NCBI GenBank assembly: GCA_051313645.2
Contig: JBNRSN020000017.1
Span: 80,476,001 to 80,540,000, forward strand
Origin: Centroscyllium fabricii
Lineage: Eukaryota
DNA length: 64,000 nucleotides
Direction of reading: 5' to 3'
Made by a program: the position numbers and the translations under genes. Below, piece by piece: positions 49,591 to 60,419 of the stretch (positions are counted from its first letter, which is position 1; the number at the start of each line of letters is the position of its first letter). The notes below the pieces were generated by a model that saw nothing but the letters and a program-made list of their open reading frames with translations, was not told the DNA's origin and did no database searches.

Positions 49591-50938
49591 GCCCACATCT
49601 CTCTTTTCTCCCTCATGGCCTTATCTAGCTTCCCCTTAAAGACATCTATGCTATTCACATCAACTACTCCTTGTGATAGAGTTCCACATTCTATCCACTC
49701 GGTGGGTAAAGAGCTTTCTCCCAAATTCTTTATTGAATTTATGAGTGACAGTCATAATTATGGTTTTTAGCAGATCCCCAAGCAGTGCTTTTAGCGGGCT
49801 CTAGATGGTTCAGATTTGATTTTCAGCTAGCTGCCTGAAACTCTCCCTTCGGGATCTAGTGGCACTAGTGTGCGTCTTCCACAGTGGAAAAGCGACGATT
49901 GCCCGCTGCGGCCTGGTTGCACAGCTGCTGGTCGTTTTCTGTCACATTGACTTAGTCACCACGTGCCTGCGATTAATTTTAATGCCCCCGCCACTACCCT
50001 GACTTGAGCTGCTTTTTATATTGGTCAAAGACTCTGCTGGCAGCACAGGTTGTCCCGCTGCTCCAACTTAAAACTAAACTTGCTGTGACTCGTTGACAGT
50101 GGCAGCTGGGAAGGCAAGTTGTTGCTGTGCAAGACCCGGCATTGTCAGTTGACGCCGCTATCACAGATATACGTCCGGTCACAAAAGTAGCAGCAGATCA
50201 GCTAACTCTGCAAACACTAGTGATTGAACCTGGAACCTAACCAGCATGTATGACTCAATTGTTCATTGAATAAACTCACTTAGCCATTAAAGGAGTTCTC
50301 CATGATGTTTAATGGCATCAGCAGGCAGGACAGATCAGATTGTGTGAACTTGTTCATTATGTGCAAGTTTACAGACTTTCTCTCAATGTTTAGAAGATAT
50401 CAGCCATGAAATGTCATTTGAGTACATGAAATTATAAATGCTGCTTATCTGTTTGGTTCAAATTCACCTTTCAGCGTTTGCCTTTGGTACAGCAGTAAAG
50501 AGCAGGCTACTTAAATGGATGTTTAAACAAGCACATTTTGTCAATTGGAAAATTATAAACGACTATGTTGCATAAGCACAAGATGCGCATTACTTTGAAA
50601 TAACTCAGTCGGTGAAGTGTAAATATTAACACACTTATTTATAGTTTACCACTTCCCTTTACTAGACTTCCGATTGGATGATGATAAAGGACTGAATATG
50701 GCTGAAAGTTTTAAACTTTCAGTACAAATTGACAGCAACGCAGACACACGTACTAAAAATAGAAGCTTTTTTTCACTGAACTTAAAATTCTAGCCAGAGC
50801 AATGTGATTTTTAAACTGCAGAAGCTACAGTTCATAACATCATTTTTAGTTTGAGCAAAGTTAGAGCATCTGGGAACAGTATAAAAATAGATTACTGTTA
50901 ACAAAACTCTTCTAATGTATAATGTTGCCATCTTTCAG

Positions 50939-51058
50939 CGAATTCGATCAACAGTGGATGAGAAGGAACAGAAACAGCTTTTGATGGATCTAGATGTTGT
51001 AATGAGGAGTAGTGACTGTCCATATATTGTTCAGTTTTATGGAGCGCTCTTCAGAGAG
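50939..51058 (+). CDS. MAP2K4: MAP2K4 coding exon (exon 4 equivalent)
   Basis: tctttcAG|CGA ATT...AGA GAG|GTGAGA; 120 nt; RIRSTVDEKEQKQLLMDLDVVMRSSDCPYIVQFYGALFRE. Confidence 0.98.
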
Positions 51059-51930
51059 GTGAGAGAAATTAAAAAGTTACTTGACCTATTTGAAGCTTCA
51101 AAGTGCAGTTTCTGTTGGGGGCTAACCATCAATTTTCAGGTACATGTGGCCCGGACGAACTGATGATGAAGCAGATGAGCTGTGTGCAGTGACTGAAAAA
51201 CTTGTACAGTTAATATATAGTTAAATATAAGCCTGGGTTTTGAGTCAAGACTCTGATTGTAGTAAAAAAAATAGAAAAGTCAGTGATTGTAGCTTGCTTT
51301 CTTGCATTATACCTCTAATATTAGCCAACAACTACAGAACATGTTGGAAATCTACAGTAGGTCAGTCAGCATCTGTAAAAAGAAAAGACAGGATAATGTT
51401 TCAGATCTGTAAAATAAGCAAGCATTGTTGTAGATTTAGAAAAAAGAGGGAGGCAGGAGACTGTTGACTGGGATAAAATAAAATTTCAGTGAGGCAATGG
51501 AAGGACATCACACTAACAAAAGCCATGTGCAAGTAACGAAGATGGTGAGAGGCCCACATAGGTAAAGGTGAGTAAAATGGAGGAGACTGGCGGGAGAGGA
51601 GAAAGAAAGCTTGTAGGTGCAGTTGGGCTGAATTGAGAATGTTGGCATCACAGTAGATACATCAGGCCCCAAACATCAGGATGACACCAAGGGCACAGAT
51701 CCATCCTCCACCCTTCTGCTACCACCCTCTAGAATAATGTTCTGACAAAGGGTCTATACTCAAGTCATTCTGCCTCTTTCCCCCGCACCCCCCCCCCCCC
51801 CTTCTAGACATCACCACACATCAACAGCAGCCGTTGCTGTAAAATAAAATGGTGATATAGCTAAGTTCCGAAGTCCCTAACGTCGGTGTTCAGACAAGGG
51901 GGTTGCAAATGCCCAGAAGAAAAATGAAAT

Positions 51931-52455
51931 AATAAGAACATAAGAAATAGGAGCAGGAATCGGCCATTCGGCCCCTCGCGCCTGCTCCGCCATTCAGTAA
52001 GATCATGGCTGATCTAGCTCATCTCCACTTTCCTGCACTATCCCCATATCCCTTGATTCCCTTAATATTCAAATATCTATCGATCTCTGTCTTGAATGTA
52101 TTAAATGGCGAGCCTCCACAGCCCTCTGGGGTAGAGAATTCCAAAGATTCACAACCCTCCGAGTGAAGACATTTCTCCTCATCTCCATCCTAAATGGCCG
52201 ACCCCTTTATTCTGAGACTGTGACCCCTGGTTTGAGACCCCCAGCCAGGGGAAACATCCTCACTGCATCTACCCTGTCAAGCCATGTAAGAATTTTGTAC
52301 GTTTCAATGAGATCACCTCTCGTTCTTAAAATCCAAAGAATATAGGCCTAGTCTACTCAATCTCTCCTCATAGGACAATCCCACCTCATCCCAGGAACCA
52401 GTCTGGTAAACCTTTGTTGCACTCCCTCTATGTCAAGTATATCCTTCCCTAGGCA
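51931..52455 (-). mobile_element. CR1 3' fragment
   Basis: (ATAAGAAC)n tail and antisense RT C-terminal sequence. Confidence 0.88.
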
Positions 52456-52659
52456 ATAGTATTAGATCAAATTAGAGTGAAAATGGGAGGCTAAGTTCAA
52501 GTAACGAGCCATGGGGAGCCGGGGCTCACGCTTGCAGACAGAATGGAGAGGCTTGGGAAAAATGTTCACCAAATCTGTCTTTTAGTCCCCCAATAATATT
52601 CCGATGTATTGCAGTTCAGTCTAGACATATATCTTGTCTAATCATGTAACCAGCTCAGA

Positions 52660-53052
52660 GGGCGGCACGGTGGCATAGTGGTTAGCACTGTTGCCTTACA
52701 GCACCAGAGACCCAGGTTCAAATCCAGCCTCGGGTACTATCTGTGTGGAGTTTGCACATTCTCCCCGTGTCTGCGTGGGTTTCCTCCGGGTGCTCCGGTT
52801 TCCTCCCACAGTCCAAAGATGTGCGGGTTAGGTTGATTGGCCATGATAAATTGACCCTTAGTGTTAGGGGGATTGAATATGTGGGGTTGCGGGGATAGGG
52901 TGGGATATGTGTCGGTGCAGGCTCGATAGGGATGTGGGGACAAGGCAGGGACGGGGTGCTGGGTTTGGATGATCAGCCATGATCTCATTGAATGGCGGAG
53001 CAGGCTCGAAGGGCCGAATGGCCTACTCCTGCTCCTATCTTCTATGTTTCTA
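52660..53052 (+). mobile_element. Full-length V-SINE type 1, tail B
   Basis: GGCGGCACGGTGGCATAGTGGTTAGCAC head, V-domain, CR1-derived tail. Confidence 0.92.
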
Positions 53053-53950
53053 GAATAGATATAGTTATCATATCAATAACTTTTTTTGGGGATCAGAATA
53101 TGCATAATAGATACAGCATCAGCTTTGCAGTGACATGGTAACTGAATGCTAACCACTGGAGGATTTGTCTACAAATGTGAGCCTGCATCCAGTCAGTAGT
53201 CTTGCATTTTGTCGTCACGTTGACTGTTTTGCAATTGAAACTGGTGTCAAAGCAACTTGCTTTAAAATTCAAAGGTTTTACATTCCCTATATTTTTCATG
53301 TCTGTGAAGAACCATGGCGGGCAGGTCACTGTTCACCAGCATTTGGCTGTGAACTGGCATTTAAGCATTGATGAACAGTGCTCTGCTTTTTTCCAATTTG
53401 AGAGCAGTGTGAAATATGCAGCGAGCAATGGCATGCACTGCTCCAAAAACAGGAACCAATTAAACAATGACTCCCGTAGAACTGCAACAAGACTAGTCTT
53501 CCAGTGACAATTATGATTGCCGTAGTTTATTGTTTAGATACACTAGCCAGATTTCTTTCTAATAATTAGAACCATCAACACTAAACTTAAATGTTTATTA
53601 TTGGATCTTTCTGGTTACATTGCTTCCAACATTTGCTGATCCTTGTAATTAAGCCTAGTTCTGTGAGCTAGTGAGAGATTGTTACTGAGGTTGGTAGGTG
53701 AAGTAGGTGGCCCAGACAGATATTGCAACTTCTGATTTCTTCCATAAGAGGCTGCTACAGTATTTTCACTGTTCAGCAGCATCTGTTTGGAGAGATTAAT
53801 ATAATGCAGTTCTGCAGTAATAGCCTGACTTGTTTGTCTCTGAACAGGAATATTTGCCTCAGTCAGCTCCTGAATCAAAAAGCTAATTTCCTGTGTTCAA
53901 AACAAAGAATTAACTGCCTGAAAAGTGACTGTTGATTCTGTTTTTATTAG

Positions 53951-54070
53951 GGCGATTGTTGGATATGCATGGAGCTCATGTCTACCTCATTTGACAAATT
54001 CTACAAATATGTATATGGTGCATTAGATGATGTTATCCCAGAGGAGATCTTAGGCAAAATCACATTAGCT
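53951..54070 (+). CDS. MAP2K4: MAP2K4 coding exon (exon 5 equivalent)
   Basis: tttttattAG|GGC GAT...TTA GCT|GTAAGT; 120 nt; GDCWICMELMSTSFDKFYKYVYGALDDVIPEEILGKITLA. Confidence 0.98.
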
Positions 54071-55417
54071 GTAAGTAACTTAATGCATTTTTTAATTAAA
54101 GTTACCTGTGGAGCAATTTGGTCTCCGCAGTTAATGTTTCATAATGAAATATAACATAACTGCAACAATTTATATGTTTTATTGCTTATTGAATGATTGC
54201 CTAAACTTTGGTTTGCTGGAAATGGTTTGTCTCCCTATAAGTTTTAGTGATGTAAAGCTTACTGAAATGTCCATAATATCTTTAACTGTAATAGTAAGCT
54301 AAACAAAAATACATGCACAACAGTATTTCAATTGGCTTATAGTTAAAAATAGATTTGTACTTCATTTTCGTTCAACCCCCTTTTACACCACCCAAAAGCT
54401 AGAACAGCATTTGCTATTGCACTAATGGTGTGACATGGTCAAAATGTTTGTCTTATCAAAATAGAAGATGCTGGCAAAGATGAGTAAATGTGTCGGTGGT
54501 ATCCTAGAATGGTTAATTCCTAGTGTTGAAGCAGTGGCTTCTTGCTAATACCTCTCTACCATGATCAAATATTGGCTGAATCTTGGAAAGCTCCGATTAG
54601 GCACGGCACTCCAACTGGCTCGCTCTAACTAGTGAAATTACTGTGCAAATTATATCCAGCTTGCATATGAAGGTGTGCTTTGTGTAGCCTCCTATAGCTA
54701 AAGTCTTCGAAATAAAACAAATTTGAGACTTGTATTATCTTAATTTAATAGGACATTTAACTGATTAAAGTTTGAGCGCCCAGTTGATAATCGATCCTTT
54801 TGAGTTTTAATATTCAGATTTGGGTGGTTCAAAAGGTAATGAAATGTGATAAACATGAGAAATAGGAGTATAATAGTATTACTCTGTTGATTCTCCATAT
54901 TGCTTTGATGTTGGCATTTCATATTCATGGTTAAATACAAAAACCTTTACTACAAACTTATTGTATAGTTTTGTTTTGTTGGTTAGTTTAATTCCTAACT
55001 TTAGTTTACCATATAGAACTTGCTACCCCACTTTTTTTGTGGTGCTTTAAACTGTCACATCCTCCTTAATGTGATTAGAGTGCGTTCGAATGTAGGTATG
55101 AGGTGAACATTTTTTGATAAAACTGTTTTTCCATGTTTTAATTATTTTCTTCCTCTAGTTTACCAATAATGCAGCTTATGGGTAAACTCTGCACTACAAG
55201 CATCATATCTATCATCGTTAGGATGACCTAGAATGTTTCAAGCTATTTTGAAGCATGGTTGCAACAAATACATAATTTAGCAGAAACAATTGATTTCCCT
55301 CTGAGGAGGAAGGGCGATATTGTGACGTTCAAGTCAAGTATTAATATTCCAATGGTTGTATTGACGTGGATAATTTAGACAATTCTTGATTCGTTTTTCC
55401 AGCTAGGATGGATATTT

Positions 55418-55812
55418 CACAGAAACACAGAAGATAGGAGCAGGAGTAGGCCATTCGGCCCTTCGAGCCTGCTCCGCCATTCAATGAGATCATGGCTGAT
55501 CATCCAAACCCAGTACCCCGTCCCTGCCTTGTCCCCATATCCCTCAATCCCTATCGAACCTGCACTGACACACATCCCACCCTATCCCCGTAACCCCACA
55601 TATTTAATCCCCCTAAAACTAAGGGTCAATTTATCATGGCCAATCAACCTAACCCGCACATCTTTGGACTGTGGGAGGAAACCGGAGCACCCGGAGGAAA
55701 CCCACGCAGACACGGGGAGAATGTGCAAACTCCACACAGATAGTACCCGAGGCTGGATTTGAACCCGGGTCTCTAGTGCTGTAAGGCAACAGTGCTAACC
55801 ACCGTGCCGCCC
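55418..55812 (-). mobile_element. Full-length V-SINE type 1, tail B
   Basis: Closely matches the reverse complement of 52660-53052. Confidence 0.92.
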
Positions 55813-55846
55813 TAGATCTTTTCGAGAAAGGTAATGTTTCTTTATA

Positions 55847-56568
55847 CAGGTTGAGCACCGGTAATCTGTTACCCGAAACGCCGGCAACTTCAGCGGTCCG
55901 GTATAAATCGCCCCGCCTGCCCTGCGCATGCGCAAAATGGCAGCCGCGATCAAGGCTTCGGCGAATGATCTGCGCATGCGCTGCCAAACGGCGAGCGCAT
56001 GCACAGCTCATTCAAAACGGCCGCCGGACGAGCCGGGCCTTCCGTGGCGTCGGGGTGGCTTGCGCCGCGTTTTGAATGCGAGAGTCCCGAGCGCCCGCCA
56101 GGGTGAAGCGCGCGGTTCAAAGATGTGCGGGTTAGGTTGATTGGCCAGGATAAATTGACCCTAAGTGTTGGGGGGATTAAATATGTGGGATTACGGGGAT
56201 AGCGTGGGATATGTGTCAGTGCAGCCTCGATAGGGATCGAGGGATATGGGGACAAGGCAGGGAGGGGGTACTGGGTTTGGATGATCAGCCATGATCTCAT
56301 TGAATGGCGGAGCAGGCTCGAAGGGCCGAATGTCCTGCTCCTATCTTCTATGTTTCCCCGGAGCAGCCTGCAGGCCGTCATCAGGAGGCACAAACCGCAG
56401 CTGAAACTCAGCAAGGACGTTCGGCGGCCATTTCCAATATTGTGCGCAAGCACGCGGCCATTTTGAATGGTGCGCGCATGCGCACTGACCGACTTCATTC
56501 TACCGTTTTTTTCACTTTCCCGGCACGGGCCTGGTCCCGCCCGTGCCGGATTACCGATGCTCAACCTG
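55847..56568. mobile_element. Tigger-like MITE family B with nested 5'-truncated V-SINE (~56119-56356)
   Basis: TA|CAGGTTGAGCACCG...ATGCTCAACCTG|TA; inverted homologue of 3628-4065. Confidence 0.9.
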
Positions 56569-56796
56569 TATTAAAAAAAAATCCTGGAAAAATATAAATT
56601 GCTTATTTTGCTAAGAGTGGCTTTGTTGTGAAATGTAGTTGAAAATTAGATTCTAGTCCCTCTATCTTTTAATTCTATTTATTTTCTGTTGCACCAAGGA
56701 ATATTATTGTTTGACAATTGGGATTATTTTCAGCATAAATGTACTGTATTTTATAACCAGTCTGTCTAAAGCTAACCTGCATCTGTTCTCTTCCAG

Positions 56797-56848
56797 ACTG
56801 TGAAAGCACTTAACTACCTAAAAGAAAACTTGAAAATAATTCACCGAG
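56797..56848 (+). CDS. MAP2K4: MAP2K4 coding exon (exon 6 equivalent; start of the HRD motif)
   Basis: ctcttccAG|ACT GTG...CAC CGA G|GTAAGA; 52 nt; TVKALNYLKENLKIIHR(D). Not in the ORF track. Confidence 0.97.
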
Positions 56849-57947
56849 GTAAGAGTCCAGGCTGTACCCGTAGCAGAAAGATGGGTGTTTCCCTCTTGAA
56901 ATTTAATTCTGTCAGCAACTATCGAAAGATGCAGTCTCAGGACATTACTTAATGAAACAATTAAAAAGAATTCCCCTTAATTTCAATACTTTTGCCATTT
57001 TTCAATTTGTAGTTTAATTTCAATGTTTTGCTTTAGATGGTAAATACTGGAAACGCTGAGTAAATGAGTTACTGTACTGGAAGGAAATTTAATTGGTGTG
57101 TTTGGCAGAATTATTAAAATTGGGGTTTGTTCCCAGCAATTAACCGAGTAAAATAGAAAGCATTTTTTAAAGTTGATTTCTAGCTCAGTAGGACGCATGT
57201 TACTGGACCAAATCTGCCATTTTCACTGTGGGTGGACCGAGTCGACACTGCAGCTGTGCATTCCGGCCCGCATGCTGATTGTGGAGCAGTGACCAGCATG
57301 TGAGACTCCCTATTACATCTGTCATTCCAATCACCCAAGGGGAAGTTGGAACAGTCGAGTTAAAGATGCTTCAACAGCTCCAACAAAAATAGTTTTTTTT
57401 TAAATGTGCTTCTCAAAGGATGAGTACACTTAAGAGTTTGGAAATGTTAAGGATGTTGTGCTAATATTTATGAATAGTACAACTCATCTGCCTTGTTGGC
57501 CCAGTGGTCCCTGCAAGCTAGTTCCCTGATGTGCCAGCATTCATGATTTAAACCAGAATATTCACCAGGTCAACAGAAAGCGAACAAAACTGAACATGTT
57601 AATGCATTATATCCTGGCTGAGATCAGATACTCCGCACAGTCCATTGATTGAAAATGACCAATTTTTATGACTCTACCACATCAGGATATAAATTTACCC
57701 ACTGAGCCTTTGGAGAAGCTCAGATTTGATGCCTTCACTTAGTAATTGGCTCTGCATTGCTGTCAGCAGTTTTTATAGTATTTACTGCACTCATCCACTA
57801 GCTATTGGAATAATTGTAATGTTTGTCCTGTGTGTGGAGAAGAATTTTAATCCCTACCTTTTTTCCAGAAAGTCTCATGTTCTTTGATGTAAAAAACAGC
57901 GATTTTGTTGCATTATGCGGACGATGTTTGTTTTGGTTTTGTTGCAG

Positions 57948-58075
57948 ATATCAAGCCTTCCAATATTCTTATGGACAGGAATGGCAATATTAAACTCTGC
58001 GATTTTGGTATTAGTGGACAACTGGTAGACTCGATTGCCAAAACAAGGGATGCAGGATGTCGACCATACATGGCG
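57948..58075 (+). CDS. MAP2K4: MAP2K4 coding exon (exon 7 equivalent; DFG and SIAKT activation loop)
   Basis: gttgcAG|AT ATC AAG...ATG GCG|GTAAGG; 128 nt; (D)[42 protein letters not shown]. Confidence 0.98.
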
Positions 58076-58170
58076 GTAAGGCAAAATAGTATTTGTTGTT
58101 CAGTTATGTTAACCCCCCCATCAGTCTGCTGACCCTTTTAATTGAAAGTTTGAGACGTGCATAGTGTTTA

Positions 58171-58860
58171 GTGTCAGCTGTGGCTCAGTTGGTAGCACTC
58201 TCGCCTCCAAGTCAGAAGGTTGTGGGTTCAAGTCCCACTCCAGAGACTTGAGCAAAGAAATCTAGGCTGACACTCCAGTGCAGGGCTGAGGGAGTGCTAC
58301 ATTGGCGAGGTGCTGTCTTTCGGTTGAGATGTTAAACAGATGTGCGGGTTAGGTTGATTGGCCATGATAAATTGACCCTTAGTGTGATGGGGATTGAATA
58401 TGTGGGGTTACGGGGCTAGGGTGGGAATATGTGTCGGTGCAGGCTCGATAGGGATCGAGGGATATAGGGAGAGGGCAGGGGCGGGGTACTGGGTTTGGAT
58501 GATCAGCCATGATCTCATTGAATGGCGGAGCAGGCTTGAAGGGCTGAATGGCCTACTTCTGCTCCTAGTTTCTATGTTAAATGTCTGCCCCTTGGATGTA
58601 AAAGATCCCATGGCACTATTTTGAAGAAGAGCAGGCGTGTTCCCCCCAGTGTCTTGGCCAATATTTATCCCTCAATCAACATCACCAAAGAACAGATGAT
58701 CTGATCATTATCTCATTGCTGTTTGTGGGAGCTTGCTGTGTGTAAATTAGCTGCCACTTTTCCTACATTGCAACAGTGACTACACTTCAAAAGTACGTCA
58801 TTGGCTGGAAAGTGCTTTGGAAAGTCCTGAGGTTATGAATGGCGCTATATAAATGCAAGT
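58171..58860 (+). mobile_element. Deu-domain SINE (SacSINE1/AmnSINE1-like) with nested V-SINE fragment (58338-58573)
   Basis: tRNA-like head TGGCTCAGTTGGTAGCAC...GGTTCAAGTCC, body AAAGATCCCATGGCACTATTT...GGCCAATATTTATCCCTC, L2-type tail GCGCTATATAAATGCAAG; the insert has TSD ATGTTAAA. Confidence 0.8.
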
Positions 58861-59769
58861 TTTTTCAAATATTTATATATATTTTGTTTTTGGGAACATG
58901 CAGTCTGTATCCCAGAAACAAATCCTTGTAATTAAGGAATGTTGGAATTCATCTTTAAAAAGACACACCAGGTAATATCTGTAAAATTTCAAAACTTTTA
59001 AAACTTACCTCAATGTTTGAGTGAATTTGTAATTGTAGACTGTATTGTATATTAACAATTATATAGAAAATGTGCTGTTACCTTTCACTTCAAAATAAGG
59101 ATTTAATCATCAATACAGATGATTTACATGAACGTGTATTTGTTTGTGGAGGGTTTGTTGAACATGTACATTAGCTGTTAACTAAGAACTGTGCTTTTGT
59201 GGCTTGAAAATAAGCATGATACAGACTTGTTCTAGCAAAACGAGTCATTGCATGGCTTGGACTAAGCTGCTACTGGGAAAACAAATGCTCTCGTCAGCAA
59301 GTTTCACTGCACTACCCTTTGCCTGGATGCAGTTGAATTGTTACCTGTAGATTTTGATAGTGAATTGACACTTAATAATTGAAATAATTTAATTTATTGA
59401 GATTGTCAAATAGTTGTCATTATGCATAGAAGTTCGTTCAAAAAAAAATTATCTGCCATATTAAGTCTTGTCTATGTACTCAAATTATGCAACTGTCATT
59501 TCCTCACAATGTCACATTTATTGTGTCATACCAGAGCTTTCATGTACATTTTGCTTACCTTTGCTTGACAGCTTCAGCTTCTGTGTCCCACGTTAGGTGC
59601 CATTGTATACAAGTTCTCCAAACTCGAAGTTTTGAAAGTTGGTGGTGTGCTAACTGTGTGTCCCTCTGTACCCTCAAAAGCCAGATTCCTGCTGTGACTG
59701 GGTACCAGCATTGGGTTTCTTGCGTACTCTTGAAAATGTTAAAAGCTATTAATGTTTTTAAAAGCGCTT

Positions 59770-60240
59770 AATAAACTTAAAATAAGGACAGAAAATGCTG
59801 GCAATACTTAACCAGTCAGACAGCATCTGTGGAGAGAGAAACAGAGTTAACATTTCAGGTTGATGACCTTTCATCAAAACTGGAAAAAATTAGAAGTAAC
59901 AGTTTAAGAAAGTGGGGGAGGAGGAGAGGAGGAAAGATCAAAAGGGAAGGTTTGTAATAGGTTGGAAGACAGGAGCAATTAAATGACAAACGGGATGATG
60001 ATGCAAGGCAAAAGAGGGTGGTAATGGGACAAGTAAAGAAAACAAGATGGGTATAAAGGAGCTGTAAATGGCAACAGCAGAATCATTGCCAGCTCCTGCT
60101 GTCTGAAATAATGGGAGCGGTGGTTATGATCTGGAGTTACTGAGAGTCGGAGATGGACCATGTGAGGGTGAGCGAGGGGTGGGAATGCAGGAAGGCCCAA
60201 ATAGGCAGATGGATTTGGGAAGGAGGTTGACGGACAGGAA
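59770..60240 (-). mobile_element. Penelope-like fragment with degenerate hammerhead
   Basis: Minus strand reads AGTT-TTGATGA-A-AGGT CATCA ACCT-GAAA-TG-TT-AACT; terminal block similar to 48605-48666. Confidence 0.6.
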
Positions 60241-60419
60241 AATAGTGGACGTAGGCTGATGACCTGAAAGGGGCTGTTTTGAACCCCATTTTTAGTGGTC
60301 CCAGCTCCTGAAATTCCACCAGTGCTGATAAGTCAGTGGTTCTGATAACCAGTGACATGACCAGAGCAAAGTCAGTTAAAGCAAACCAAATAGAATTGAA
60401 CAGCGTTAAGTTAACAAAG

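Noticed and set aside
52660-52735. tRNA gene (also other A/B-box heads at 8118, 38563, 58171)
   Set aside because: Each continues into a SINE body and tail; these are tRNA-derived heads, not tRNA genes.
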